Assembly (NCBI GenBank): GCA_033578915.1
Contig: JAVQWQ010000001.1
Span: 1 to 42,355 of the forward strand
DNA: 42,355 nt
Direction of reading: 5' to 3'
Origin: Chitinophagales bacterium
GTDB lineage: Bacteria > Bacteroidota > Bacteroidia > Chitinophagales > LD1
Notes under the pieces: model-generated
The model's input: only the letters and a program-made list of their open reading frames with translations
What the model was told of the DNA's origin: nothing
Database searches by the model: none
Made by a program: the position numbers and the translations under genes
In this document: positions 29,101 through 36,650 of the stretch, piece after piece
How the letters are laid out: each line of letters starts with the position of its first letter
Numbering within the stretch: the first letter of the stretch is position 1

Positions 29101-29517
29101 CAGTTCAGCGAACTTGCTGCCAAACAGGCAGAACTGAGAAAAGCGCTCGAAAAACTTAATCAAGAACAAAATAAAGATGGAAAAAATTCTCTTGGCAACC
29201 TTGGCGAAGCAATAGATAAAATGAATCAGACTGAAACACAACTGGTAAATAAACAGCTTACCACAGAAATGCTTAAAAGACAGCAGGAGATCCTTACACG
29301 CTTGCTGGAAGCTGAAAATGCAATGCGGCAACGCGATGAGCAACCCGAACGCGAGAGCCGTACAGGACAGGATATGCCGCGAAAGTTGCCGCCCTCGCTG
29401 GAAGAATACCTGAAACAGCAACAGCAACAAGCCGATTTCCTCAAAGCCACTCCTGCAGAATTAAAGCCTTTCTATAAACAACTTTCTGAAATTTATTTCA
29501 GAGAACTGGCGCGCTAA
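26122..29517 (+). CDS. DUF4175-like membrane-anchored giant coiled-coil protein
   Basis: 1131 aa. N-terminal helix plus two TM helices (YDELVAKLDAFIRKYYLNELIRGIIF...), SHFAEVRDKLLNILQL motif, and a ~350 aa beta-rich domain. Then a ~600 aa K/E/Q-rich coiled coil (about 27620..29400). The family name is recalled, not searched. Confidence 0.6.
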   Translation: MMNASQYDELVAKLDAFIRKYYLNELIRGIIFTSIYILVLFLAINVTEYYLYLPSLYRKILFYGFIFSTLLFACRFIIVPLVHYFRLGKIISQERAAEIIGSHFAEVRDKLLNILQLKKLSEQSEYDLLRASIEQKISEIRPINFSLAIDLSKNKKYLRFLLPPALLLLFIVIAAPRMITESTKRLYYNNREFEKQAPFRFVIQNKSLKVLQYSDFVLEVKTEGKALPSEVFLETDKQTFKMKKKQGNLFSFEFTSIERPINFRFSAAGFNSSTYQLEIIEKPSLLSFEVRCDYPAYTGKSDETLKSMGDLSVPQGTKLTWQIKTRSATAVNVNFGDLATATARPISENNFVFDHTARQPLRYTIYVENNNTRTFDSVTYQLHVIPDLYPTISVSEKRDSINKDYFYYIGEAGDDYGIRNLVFRYFIERDDSATYPNVQQTVNVPIPSGSSSARFTHFWNIKDIGLRPGDNMRYYFEVWDNDAVNGSKSTRSQMLQFQMPSQRAIEQEINRQSEDIKNTLAKSLKEAKELKQKMKESQEKLLEKKNLNWEDKKNLSDLAAKQKNLEEQLKEIKNKLNDALKKQDEFSPVSEQLKQKQEKLKELFERVLDDEIKKLYEKLEKLLEELNKKDALEKMSEMEMSNEKLEKELDRMLELFKKLEFNRKLEETANKLEQLAKKEEELAKQTEQQGDKYNSSTQQNEKEKQQLVEEQKKLEQQLKDAKQDFDELKKLNEESKSGQDMKESEQNMETAEKQMEEAREQIQQNQNDKAAKNQKSAANNLKNAARKMKDMKMKMEQDALAEDLQALRQLLKNIMQLSFEQEKLIDELKVLNINTPRYVQLMKAQQRIRENSKMVEDSLYALARRQISIESFVTKEMNNVNRYLAKSLQHLEERNVSNALSDQQFVMTGYNNLALMLSESLQNLQMQMSGSESDQEQSGKPNAACKKPGKNSKGIPNLSQMQKQLNDKINQLSEMINRQGQQGNREYQRELSKQFSELAAKQAELRKALEKLNQEQNKDGKNSLGNLGEAIDKMNQTETQLVNKQLTTEMLKRQQEILTRLLEAENAMRQRDEQPERESRTGQDMPRKLPPSLEEYLKQQQQQADFLKATPAELKPFYKQLSEIYFRELAR

Positions 29518-29642
29518 AAAAAATTCCTTAGTTAATGTTTTCATCTTCTCATTTTAGTTACTGTTTTTTCAATAAATTATTCTTAAGTAGATAATAATGA
29601 TTTTCTTTATTGTGAAGATGTGAGAGTTAAAGGTGCGCTCCA

Positions 29643-31736
29643 ATGCTCAACCCATGGAGTAAATATCCTGCCATAAGATTATTTATTGTATTTGCTTTAG
29701 GCATAACCACATGCATTTATCTACCCGGTGGTTTTCCAACTGCATTAACAACGGGTTGTTTTTCGTTGATAATAATAGCTTTTTTTCTCTTGGCAAAAAG
29801 AATATGGCTTTATCCTGCAACTCGTTATGTGGCAGGAATATCAGCTAACTTGGCCGTTGGATGTATTGGATATGTGTTTACACACTTGCATGCCGATATA
29901 AATAAAGCTCATCATTTCAGCCGTATTGCACAAAATAGAGATTATTTGTTATGCATAGTTCTACAACCGCCATCAGAAAAAGAAAAAAGCCACAAAACAC
30001 TTCTGCAGGTTCAGGCAGTTTACAAAGCTAACGACAGCGTGATAAGCGCTACAGGAAAAATTCTTTCCTACCTCCGCAAAGATTCTTTAGCAAACACGCT
30101 GCAGTATGGAACCAGGTTGCTTATACCAGCTAAATTCAAAGAGATAGAAGGCCCTAAAAATCCGGGGCAATTTAATTATCGCGCATTTATGCGCTTCAAA
30201 AATGTTTATCATCAGGTATTTCTTCAATCAGGAAATTGGCGTAAGCTGGAGGGTAATGGCGGTAATATTTTTTTGACTCACATCTATGCGCTCAGAAATG
30301 ATTTGCTCAAACAACTTGCAAAATACATACCATCTCGTGAAGAGCTTGGTGTGGCAAGCGCTTTGTTGCTTGGATACCGCGACCTGATAACTCCTGATAT
30401 AACGCAAGCATACGCAGCTTCGGGCGCTTTGCATGTACTATGTGTTAGCGGGCTGCATGTTGGTATGGTGTTCCTGGTACTTAGCCGAGTGTTGTTCTTT
30501 TTAGATAAAAACAATACCAGGCGAATAGTTAAAACCGTCATTATTGTTTTGTTTATATGGCTTTACGCCTGCCTTACCGGCCTTAGTCCTTCTGTGTTGC
30601 GTGCCTCTGCCATGTTCAGCATGATAGCGTTAGGAAATGTGTTTGGAAAAAACACTTCGATTTTCAACATTATTGGCGCCTCAGCGCTAATTCTCACGGC
30701 ATTCAATCCTTTCATCCTTACCGAAGTAGGCTTTCAATTGAGCTATCTTGCGGTGATAGGTATTGTGTATCTTCAGCCGATTATAGCACGTTATCTTAGT
30801 TTCAGCTCATGGCTACCTCAGAAAATATGGGAAATTACTGCGGTGTCCATAGCTGCACAGGCAGCAACCTTTCCCTTAGGGCTGTATTATTTTCATCAGT
30901 TTCCAAACTTTTTTCTTATAAGCAATCTCGTTGTTATTCCGGCTGGGTGGTTGCTTATCCATTTAGGTATTGCCATTTTTTTCCTGGCCCCTTTATCTTT
31001 TTTGCAACTCATGGCTGGTAAAATGTTCTATTTTATTACGTACTGGCTAAATCGTTTTATTTTCCTGATAGATGATCTTCCATATGCTCTGCTGCAAGGA
31101 GTGAGCATTAGTATTTATGAAGTCCTCGCAATATATGCCGCTATCTTGCTTGCCTCTCAATTATTTATATCTGTCAAATTCAGGCCGCTTGCCGCGTTGA
31201 TGATAATAATTCTTGGTTTGCTTTTATGGAATGGTTATGAAAAGATAGTGCATTCCCGACAAAGCAAGCTAGTGTGCTATGCTGTTAATGACAAAAAAGC
31301 CCTTGCTGTATTTGAAGGACAAACTGCTTTCGTAGATTTTGATTCATTATTTCTCGCAGATGAAAGCGCCATGCTTTTTCATGTTAAACATCATTGGTGG
31401 AAGGAAGGGATTCAAAAAATAGAGCCTGTCAACAATTTCAAAGGTTTCACAAAAGTTAGTGGAGGTTACCGGCTAATTTTAAATTCAAAAGTATTTTTTG
31501 TTCCCGACAAAAATTTTTGCTGCAAAAATGTTCAGAATATTCCGGTTGATGTACTTTTTATTTCCAGGCAAATTCATCAAAAACCTGATTGCTTATTAAA
31601 ATGCCTAAGGCCAAAGCAAATCGTTGCGCTTAATAGCATCAAAACCTGGCAGCTTAAAAAGTGGAAACATGCTGCAAATACAAATAGTATTTCTTTCTAT
31701 GACGTATCTCGTGAGGGGTATTGGTTGGTACAATAA
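29643..31736 (+). CDS. comEC: ComEC/Rec2-family DNA internalisation channel protein (no beta-lactamase-fold domain evident)
   Basis: 697 aa. N-terminal TM + OB-like (DUF4131-type) region. Competence domain with ASALLLGYRDLI, AYAASGALHVLCVSGLHVG, LTGLSPSVLRASAM, FQLSYLAV. Confidence 0.88.
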   Translation: MLNPWSKYPAIRLFIVFALGITTCIYLPGGFPTALTTGCFSLIIIAFFLLAKRIWLYPATRYVAGISANLAVGCIGYVFTHLHADINKAHHFSRIAQNRDYLLCIVLQPPSEKEKSHKTLLQVQAVYKANDSVISATGKILSYLRKDSLANTLQYGTRLLIPAKFKEIEGPKNPGQFNYRAFMRFKNVYHQVFLQSGNWRKLEGNGGNIFLTHIYALRNDLLKQLAKYIPSREELGVASALLLGYRDLITPDITQAYAASGALHVLCVSGLHVGMVFLVLSRVLFFLDKNNTRRIVKTVIIVLFIWLYACLTGLSPSVLRASAMFSMIALGNVFGKNTSIFNIIGASALILTAFNPFILTEVGFQLSYLAVIGIVYLQPIIARYLSFSSWLPQKIWEITAVSIAAQAATFPLGLYYFHQFPNFFLISNLVVIPAGWLLIHLGIAIFFLAPLSFLQLMAGKMFYFITYWLNRFIFLIDDLPYALLQGVSISIYEVLAIYAAILLASQLFISVKFRPLAALMIIILGLLLWNGYEKIVHSRQSKLVCYAVNDKKALAVFEGQTAFVDFDSLFLADESAMLFHVKHHWWKEGIQKIEPVNNFKGFTKVSGGYRLILNSKVFFVPDKNFCCKNVQNIPVDVLFISRQIHQKPDCLLKCLRPKQIVALNSIKTWQLKKWKHAANTNSISFYDVSREGYWLVQ

Positions 31737-31763
31737 ATTTTTGTTTTTTGGAGAACATTATTG

Positions 31764-31797
31764 ATTAATTTATTAAGTTTGTAAGATATAAATTAAT
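31764..31797. repeat. 10 bp perfect inverted repeat (ATTAATTTAT N14 ATAAATTAAT) bracketing the candidate -7 box of the monooxygenase-like gene
   Basis: Arms at 31764..31773 and 31788..31797. The 14 nt spacer contains TAAGTTTG. All-A/T stem followed by TTTT. Confidence 0.6.
31774..31781 (+). promoter_or_regulatory. Candidate -7 promoter box (TAAGTTTG)
   Basis: Exact TAnnTTTG 26 nt upstream of ATG 31807. TTTG at 31747..31750 is a possible -33 element, with spacing slightly long at 23 nt. Confidence 0.35.
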
Positions 31798-31806
31798 TTT
31801 ACCCTA

Positions 31807-33495
31807 ATGAAAAAATATCTATCGCTGATTTTTGTCTTACCCTTTGTTTCTGTTTATGCACAAAGCACTTTTACACAAATCTATCAAATCTTAAATACGC
31901 GTTGCACCAATAGCGCGTGCCATAGCGCAGCCTCGGGTCACAACCTTCGTTTTGACGGATCAGAGAATGATGTGTTTAATGCTATCTTCAATAAGCCACC
32001 GGAGAATACAGTTGCTAAAAATAAGCTCGACAGGTTGGTTTTTGTCAATCAACCCTATGAGAGTTTTCTGCTGCGCAAAATCAACAAAAACCTCGATACC
32101 GACTTAGACCTAGAGCAGGGAGAAGGAAATGTAATGCTTGATATCAACGGGCAACCTCTTGCCAACCATGAGGTTGAGTTAATTCGCCAGTGGATAATTA
32201 ATGGCGCAAAGAAAACCGGTATAACGGTGGACACTGCGGTTATAAATGAATATTACCGCGATCCCTATCATGCCTTTTTACAAAAACCTGTAAAACCAGC
32301 TCCCGGAGAAGGAAAACGCATACGCTGCGGGCCTATTTTCCTGCCAAAATCGGGGCCAGGCAAAGAGTTTGAGATTCTATTAAAGTATGAGCTGAATTTC
32401 CCCTACGAAGCAGAGATATATAAAATTGACGGTTTCATGAACTATGAGAGCCACCACTTCCTCCTTTTTAGATTTAATGATTCAGCTAGCGCGGCTCAAG
32501 AGCCAGATGGGATAAGAGTAGTAAGCCTTACCGGAGGTACCACATCTTTCGATGGTAATAAACAACTCACCGGCGCGTGGCAAGACGATGAAGAGATTGA
32601 TTTGCCTAAAGGGACAGCGCTGTTCTGGCCAAAGAAAGTCTGGTTAGACCTCAATTATCACATCAAAAACTACGGAAATCAACACGTGCTACCCTGCGAC
32701 TTTTACTGCAATATTTACTATACACCTAGACAGCCCAAAACCATTGAAATGAAAAGCAGATTAGTAAATAGCATAACGCTAGGGGAACTGGGAAGTGGCG
32801 GCAATCAAGGATTTTTACCGCCAAACTCCGGGCCGGTAACAAGATACCTCAACGACCCCGATAACGGAAGAAACGAAGTGCGCTATTTATGGATGTTTAA
32901 TTCCCATACTCATCAATACGGTATTGACTTTGACCTTTTCGAATACGATAAATCAAAACCTAACAGACTGGGTAAGCAGCTGTACGAAGGGTTCTGGAAT
33001 TATAAACTGAATTACGACATGGGGCAATATCTTTGGGATCATCCTCCTATTCGATACTGGCCTAATTTCTACCCTGTGGATATGAAAATCGGACTCCGCG
33101 CCCGAGCCATGTATAATAATACAAGCAATAAAGTGGTTCGCTTTGGATTTACGACAGAAGATGAAATGTTTTTATATTATTATATGTACACCACACGGCT
33201 TCCCGACGGATGGGTGAGTGCACCTGACATTGCTACTAAAATCAACTCGTTTGGCATATACCCAAATCCTGCCTCAGACAAAGCTTTTGTTATTGTAGAA
33301 TCTAAAGAACCTATTGATATCAAGGTTATGATATGCGACATACATGGAAAGGTTATCGCAGAGTTGTTCAGTGGACAAACACAGATTGGAGTAAACCAAT
33401 ATTCCATACCGGATAACCTGCCGCAAGGAGTATATCTCGCGCAGTTGTTTTTCAACGGCCAGATAGAAAATAAAAAATTTGTGATATCAAGATAA
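31807..33495 (+). CDS. Secreted copper type II monooxygenase (PHM/DBH)-like protein with N-terminal cytochrome-like C-x4-CH module and T9SS CTD
   Basis: 562 aa with a signal peptide. IYQILNTRCTNSACH (31903..31923) ... LIRQWIINGA. HH in ESHHFLLF (32452..32457). LNYHIKNYGNQH. HxH in NSHTHQYG (32905..32913). Met in TEDEMFLYYYMY (33166..33168). CTD IYPNPASDKAFV ... LPQGVYLAQLFF ... KFVISR (about 33253..33492). Confidence 0.6.
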   Translation: MKKYLSLIFVLPFVSVYAQSTFTQIYQILNTRCTNSACHSAASGHNLRFDGSENDVFNAIFNKPPENTVAKNKLDRLVFVNQPYESFLLRKINKNLDTDLDLEQGEGNVMLDINGQPLANHEVELIRQWIINGAKKTGITVDTAVINEYYRDPYHAFLQKPVKPAPGEGKRIRCGPIFLPKSGPGKEFEILLKYELNFPYEAEIYKIDGFMNYESHHFLLFRFNDSASAAQEPDGIRVVSLTGGTTSFDGNKQLTGAWQDDEEIDLPKGTALFWPKKVWLDLNYHIKNYGNQHVLPCDFYCNIYYTPRQPKTIEMKSRLVNSITLGELGSGGNQGFLPPNSGPVTRYLNDPDNGRNEVRYLWMFNSHTHQYGIDFDLFEYDKSKPNRLGKQLYEGFWNYKLNYDMGQYLWDHPPIRYWPNFYPVDMKIGLRARAMYNNTSNKVVRFGFTTEDEMFLYYYMYTTRLPDGWVSAPDIATKINSFGIYPNPASDKAFVIVESKEPIDIKVMICDIHGKVIAELFSGQTQIGVNQYSIPDNLPQGVYLAQLFFNGQIENKKFVISR

Positions 33496-34995
33496 GTGGG
33501 CTGTTCAGATAAAATTAAAAAGTTCACCCTTTGCGAGTCGCTTCTAATTAATCGCTTATATCAGATAACACTTATTCAATTATGCTTGTGGTGTTGTGCG
33601 CCAGTTTTTTTGCTGTCACAACCTTTTATCAACGGGCCTGAATTGATTGGTTGTTATCCAAACAGTGAATGGATATACTCTATTCCTGTTGTGGCAAAAG
33701 GTAAAAAGAAATTTTCTTCAACCAACTTACCCGGCAAGCTGCAATTAGATACTGCTAATGGCATAATTCGCGGTGTTGCGCCCGAGGCGGGTCGCTACCT
33801 AATTCCAATAAGCGTTTCAGACGACTTTGGTTCTGCTGTTGATACGCTCACACTTATCTGTGGCAATAAACTGGCACTAACCCCTCCTATGGGTTGGAAT
33901 AGTTGGAATGTTTTTGCTCATGAGGTAAATGAAAAGATCATCATCGAAATGGCCGATGCCATGATAGCCAGTGGAATGAAAGATGCCGGTTATCAATACA
34001 TCAATATTGATGATTTCTGGCAGGCCGCACAACGCGCAACCGATGGAACTCCCTTGGCCAACCCAGAGAAATTTCCAAATGGGATAAAATATCTTGCAGA
34101 CTACCTTCACAGCAAAGGGTTGAAGTTAGGCTTGTATTCATGTGCAGGTAAATATACTTGCGGCAAACGTTTCGGCAGTTTCGGCTATGAGGAAATAGAT
34201 GCAAAAACCTACGCCGCATGGGGAGTTGACCTGCTGAAATACGACTATTGCTATGCGCCATGGGCAAGAAAAAAAGCTATTAAAAGATACCGCGCTATGG
34301 CAGAAGCATTGCAAAAAACAGGCAGAAGCATCGTCTTTAGCGTATGTGAGTGGGGTTTAAGAAAACCATGGAAATGGGCCTCTGAAATTGGAGGACACTA
34401 CTGGCGCACCACTCCGGATATTTTCGACAAATGGAAGGGAAATCATATTTGGCGCTACAGTATGATGCAAATTCTCCGCAAACAAAGAGGCCTTGAACGC
34501 TATGCGCGCCCAGGTGGCTGGAATGACCCCGACATGCTTTTGGTAGGGAACTACGGCAAAGGTATAGCCACTTCTGCTAAAGGAAGGTACAAGGGAATGA
34601 CCGACACAGAATATGAAAGCCACTTTGCTATCTGGTGTATGTTAAGTGCCCCATTGTTGGCAAGTTGTGACCTTCGGAACATGAATGAAGCTACACGAAA
34701 AATTTTACTCAACACAAAACTTATTTCCATTAATCAGGATGTGGCTGGCAATCAAGCGGTTTGCATAAGCCGAAAGAAAGGGATTTGGATTTATCGAAAA
34801 CCTCTCTCAAAAGGAATTGCTTATGCCTTCCTGAACACACGAGGTTCAAAAAAATACTTTACCATCCCTTATCCTATACAGAAAGAAATAAATGCACAAA
34901 CAGAAAAGATTCTCAACGCAGAGCAAATTCAAAATATAACTAAACCTTTGGCATTGGAGGGCCATCAAACCATGGTAATAATTGCGCATCCATAA
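33496..34995 (+). CDS. Glycoside hydrolase family 27 alpha-galactosidase with N-terminal Ig-like (He_PIG-type) domain
   Basis: 499 aa. LTPPMGWNSWNVF, YQYINIDDFW, GLKLGLYSCAG, LLKYDYC, FSVCEWG, WNDPDML are GH27 blocks. N-terminal NLPGKLQLDTANGIIRGVAPEAGRYLIPISVSD is an Ig-like module. Only a GTG start (33496) is available, directly abutting the upstream TAA. Confidence 0.9.
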   Translation: MGCSDKIKKFTLCESLLINRLYQITLIQLCLWCCAPVFLLSQPFINGPELIGCYPNSEWIYSIPVVAKGKKKFSSTNLPGKLQLDTANGIIRGVAPEAGRYLIPISVSDDFGSAVDTLTLICGNKLALTPPMGWNSWNVFAHEVNEKIIIEMADAMIASGMKDAGYQYINIDDFWQAAQRATDGTPLANPEKFPNGIKYLADYLHSKGLKLGLYSCAGKYTCGKRFGSFGYEEIDAKTYAAWGVDLLKYDYCYAPWARKKAIKRYRAMAEALQKTGRSIVFSVCEWGLRKPWKWASEIGGHYWRTTPDIFDKWKGNHIWRYSMMQILRKQRGLERYARPGGWNDPDMLLVGNYGKGIATSAKGRYKGMTDTEYESHFAIWCMLSAPLLASCDLRNMNEATRKILLNTKLISINQDVAGNQAVCISRKKGIWIYRKPLSKGIAYAFLNTRGSKKYFTIPYPIQKEINAQTEKILNAEQIQNITKPLALEGHQTMVIIAHP

Positions 34996-35001
34996 TTTAA
35001 T

Positions 35002-35009
35002 TACTTTTG
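35002..35009 (+). promoter_or_regulatory. Candidate -7 box (TACTTTTG) only 5 nt from the tlpA-like ATG (would imply a leaderless or near-leaderless mRNA)
   Basis: Exact TAnnTTTG match. Position relative to ATG 35014 is unusually close, hence low confidence. Confidence 0.2.
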
Positions 35010-35013
35010 AATC

Positions 35014-35541
35014 ATGTCGAGAGGAATTTTTATTGTATTGATACTTCTTTTTTGCATTAACATAAAGGCTCAAAACAAATCGCTGAGTGAGAAGATATTA
35101 GGTGAAAAAAAATTACCGGCAGTATCGCTCAGCGATATCCATGGAAAAAAAGTTAATGTGGCCGATTACGGCCAAAATGGCCAGATGGTAGTATTGAGTT
35201 TTTGGGCTACATGGTGTGTCCCCTGCAAAAAAGAACTGAATAACCTTAACGAGTTGTATGAAGATTGGAAGAAAAATTACAATGTTAAAATTGTTGCCGT
35301 TTCTATTGACGATTCGCGGAGCAGCAGCAAAGTAAAACCCTTTGCAGATAGCCAGCGATGGGAATTTGATGTGTTACTTGACCCTAACCAGGATTTAAAA
35401 AGAGAACTGAATATTCAGACTATCCCATTTACACTGCTTCTCGATAAAAAAGGAAAAATTGTTTATACCCATACAGGCTACATAGAAGGAGATGAGCTTG
35501 TTCTGGAAGAAGAGATAAAGAAACATTATCAGGTTGATTGA
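35014..35541 (+). CDS. TlpA/ResA-like periplasmic thiol:disulfide oxidoreductase (thioredoxin fold)
   Basis: 175 aa with a signal peptide. Active site WATWCVPCKKE (CxxC). AhpC/TSA-redoxin-type layout. Confidence 0.88.
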   Translation: MSRGIFIVLILLFCINIKAQNKSLSEKILGEKKLPAVSLSDIHGKKVNVADYGQNGQMVVLSFWATWCVPCKKELNNLNELYEDWKKNYNVKIVAVSIDDSRSSSKVKPFADSQRWEFDVLLDPNQDLKRELNIQTIPFTLLLDKKGKIVYTHTGYIEGDELVLEEEIKKHYQVD

Positions 35542-35604
35542 AAGTAAGCCTCTACCATAAATTCATTTTGTTAATTTTTATCCTGCAAAGCCAAAGCTTA
35601 AGAT

Positions 35605-36387
35605 ATGCGAAAGTGGTTTGGATTACTGCCAATATTATTTAAGTGTTTTGCATGTAAAGACAGCGACCTCGAATGGATTGCATCGTTTGGCGATAAAGGA
35701 GAGCAGGTTAATTTTTATCGTTATCGAAAGCAAACTGTAAGTGGTCTTCATAGTTCCATAATCATGAAATACAATGGAAGAATGGTTGACTATTATGGAA
35801 TGTATAAAGACTACAGCAAAGGATACGAAAAAAAGTTTCCGGTACAAGAAAAACATGTACGCCAGATCAGTAAGGTTTGCCGTGTAGAATACAATCAAAC
35901 CCTGCATGACGCTTTGTCCTGGGACGTGTGGGTGTTACCCTCAGAATTTTCTCCAAAGGAATATGAAAAAATCTGCTCCATTTTATTAAACAACAAAGAA
36001 ACATTACAAACAAACTTAGCATATGAAGATCCTTATAATACACAATATAAATTATACATATCCAACATTTCTTATTTCGATTACTCTCAGTTTAAAGTAG
36101 ATTACTATGAGTTAGATAATGGCATGCATAGATTCACCGTAGAAATTCATCCGCAAGGAGCGGTAAACTTGAAAGTGTACGACAAAATGATTAAACAAAC
36201 TATAGGGACAAATTTGGGTGTTTTAGACAGTACAGGAACAAAAGTGTTGATGCGCGAGGCATGGAAAATCGAAGGCGCACCCGACCTTTCTACCATAAAA
36301 GCCTTTCAGGATAAAAATGGAAAAACACTTGGCAGTACTTTTGAGTGGATTGAGTACGAATCAAAAAATAATGGCAAACAACAATGA
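35605..36387 (+). CDS. Hypothetical protein, probable lipoprotein
   Basis: 260 aa. N-terminus MRKWFGLLPILFKCFAC ends in a lipobox-like Cys. Y/K/E-rich with no motif I recognise. Confidence 0.55.
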   Translation: MRKWFGLLPILFKCFACKDSDLEWIASFGDKGEQVNFYRYRKQTVSGLHSSIIMKYNGRMVDYYGMYKDYSKGYEKKFPVQEKHVRQISKVCRVEYNQTLHDALSWDVWVLPSEFSPKEYEKICSILLNNKETLQTNLAYEDPYNTQYKLYISNISYFDYSQFKVDYYELDNGMHRFTVEIHPQGAVNLKVYDKMIKQTIGTNLGVLDSTGTKVLMREAWKIEGAPDLSTIKAFQDKNGKTLGSTFEWIEYESKNNGKQQ

Positions 36388-36584
36388 AGCGCTCCAAAAA
36401 GTACGAAAAACGCTTTGCCGAAGATACCAAAATGGCCATGCATAAATATGGTTACCAAACTGAACTTGAAATCATCGAGGCTATACTACATGAATATTCC
36501 AAAGAAGCAGATCCAGACCAAGGTTACTTAGCTTTTTTGCAGGAGCAATACGATAAAAGTAAAAAGAAAGGACAGCGTTCTTAA
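36384..36584 (+). CDS. Small hypothetical protein (66 aa), translationally coupled to the upstream gene
   Basis: ATGA stop/start overlap at 36384..36387. Charged, helical-looking, with no signal peptide and no recognisable motif. Confidence 0.4.
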   Translation: MKRSKKYEKRFAEDTKMAMHKYGYQTELEIIEAILHEYSKEADPDQGYLAFLQEQYDKSKKKGQRS

Positions 36585-36650
36585 ATAGTCAACTCGTCAT
36601 TCGTGTTGCAGGAAAGATGTTGCAGAAAAGAAGGCGAATAAACCTAAACC

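Noticed and set aside
27612-29450. Long minus-strand ORFs (27612..28343, 27964..28569, 28864..29430, 29226..29450) opposite the coiled-coil gene
   Set aside because: These are an artefact of the GAA/AAA/CAA-rich coding strand. The antisense frames lack stops and translate to Ser/Phe/Cys/Leu low-complexity strings.
36604-36625. Direct repeat TGTTGCAG twice, 14 bp apart, in the convergent intergenic region before coxIV
   Set aside because: Only 8 bp, no hairpin potential and no further copies seen. Consistent with chance.
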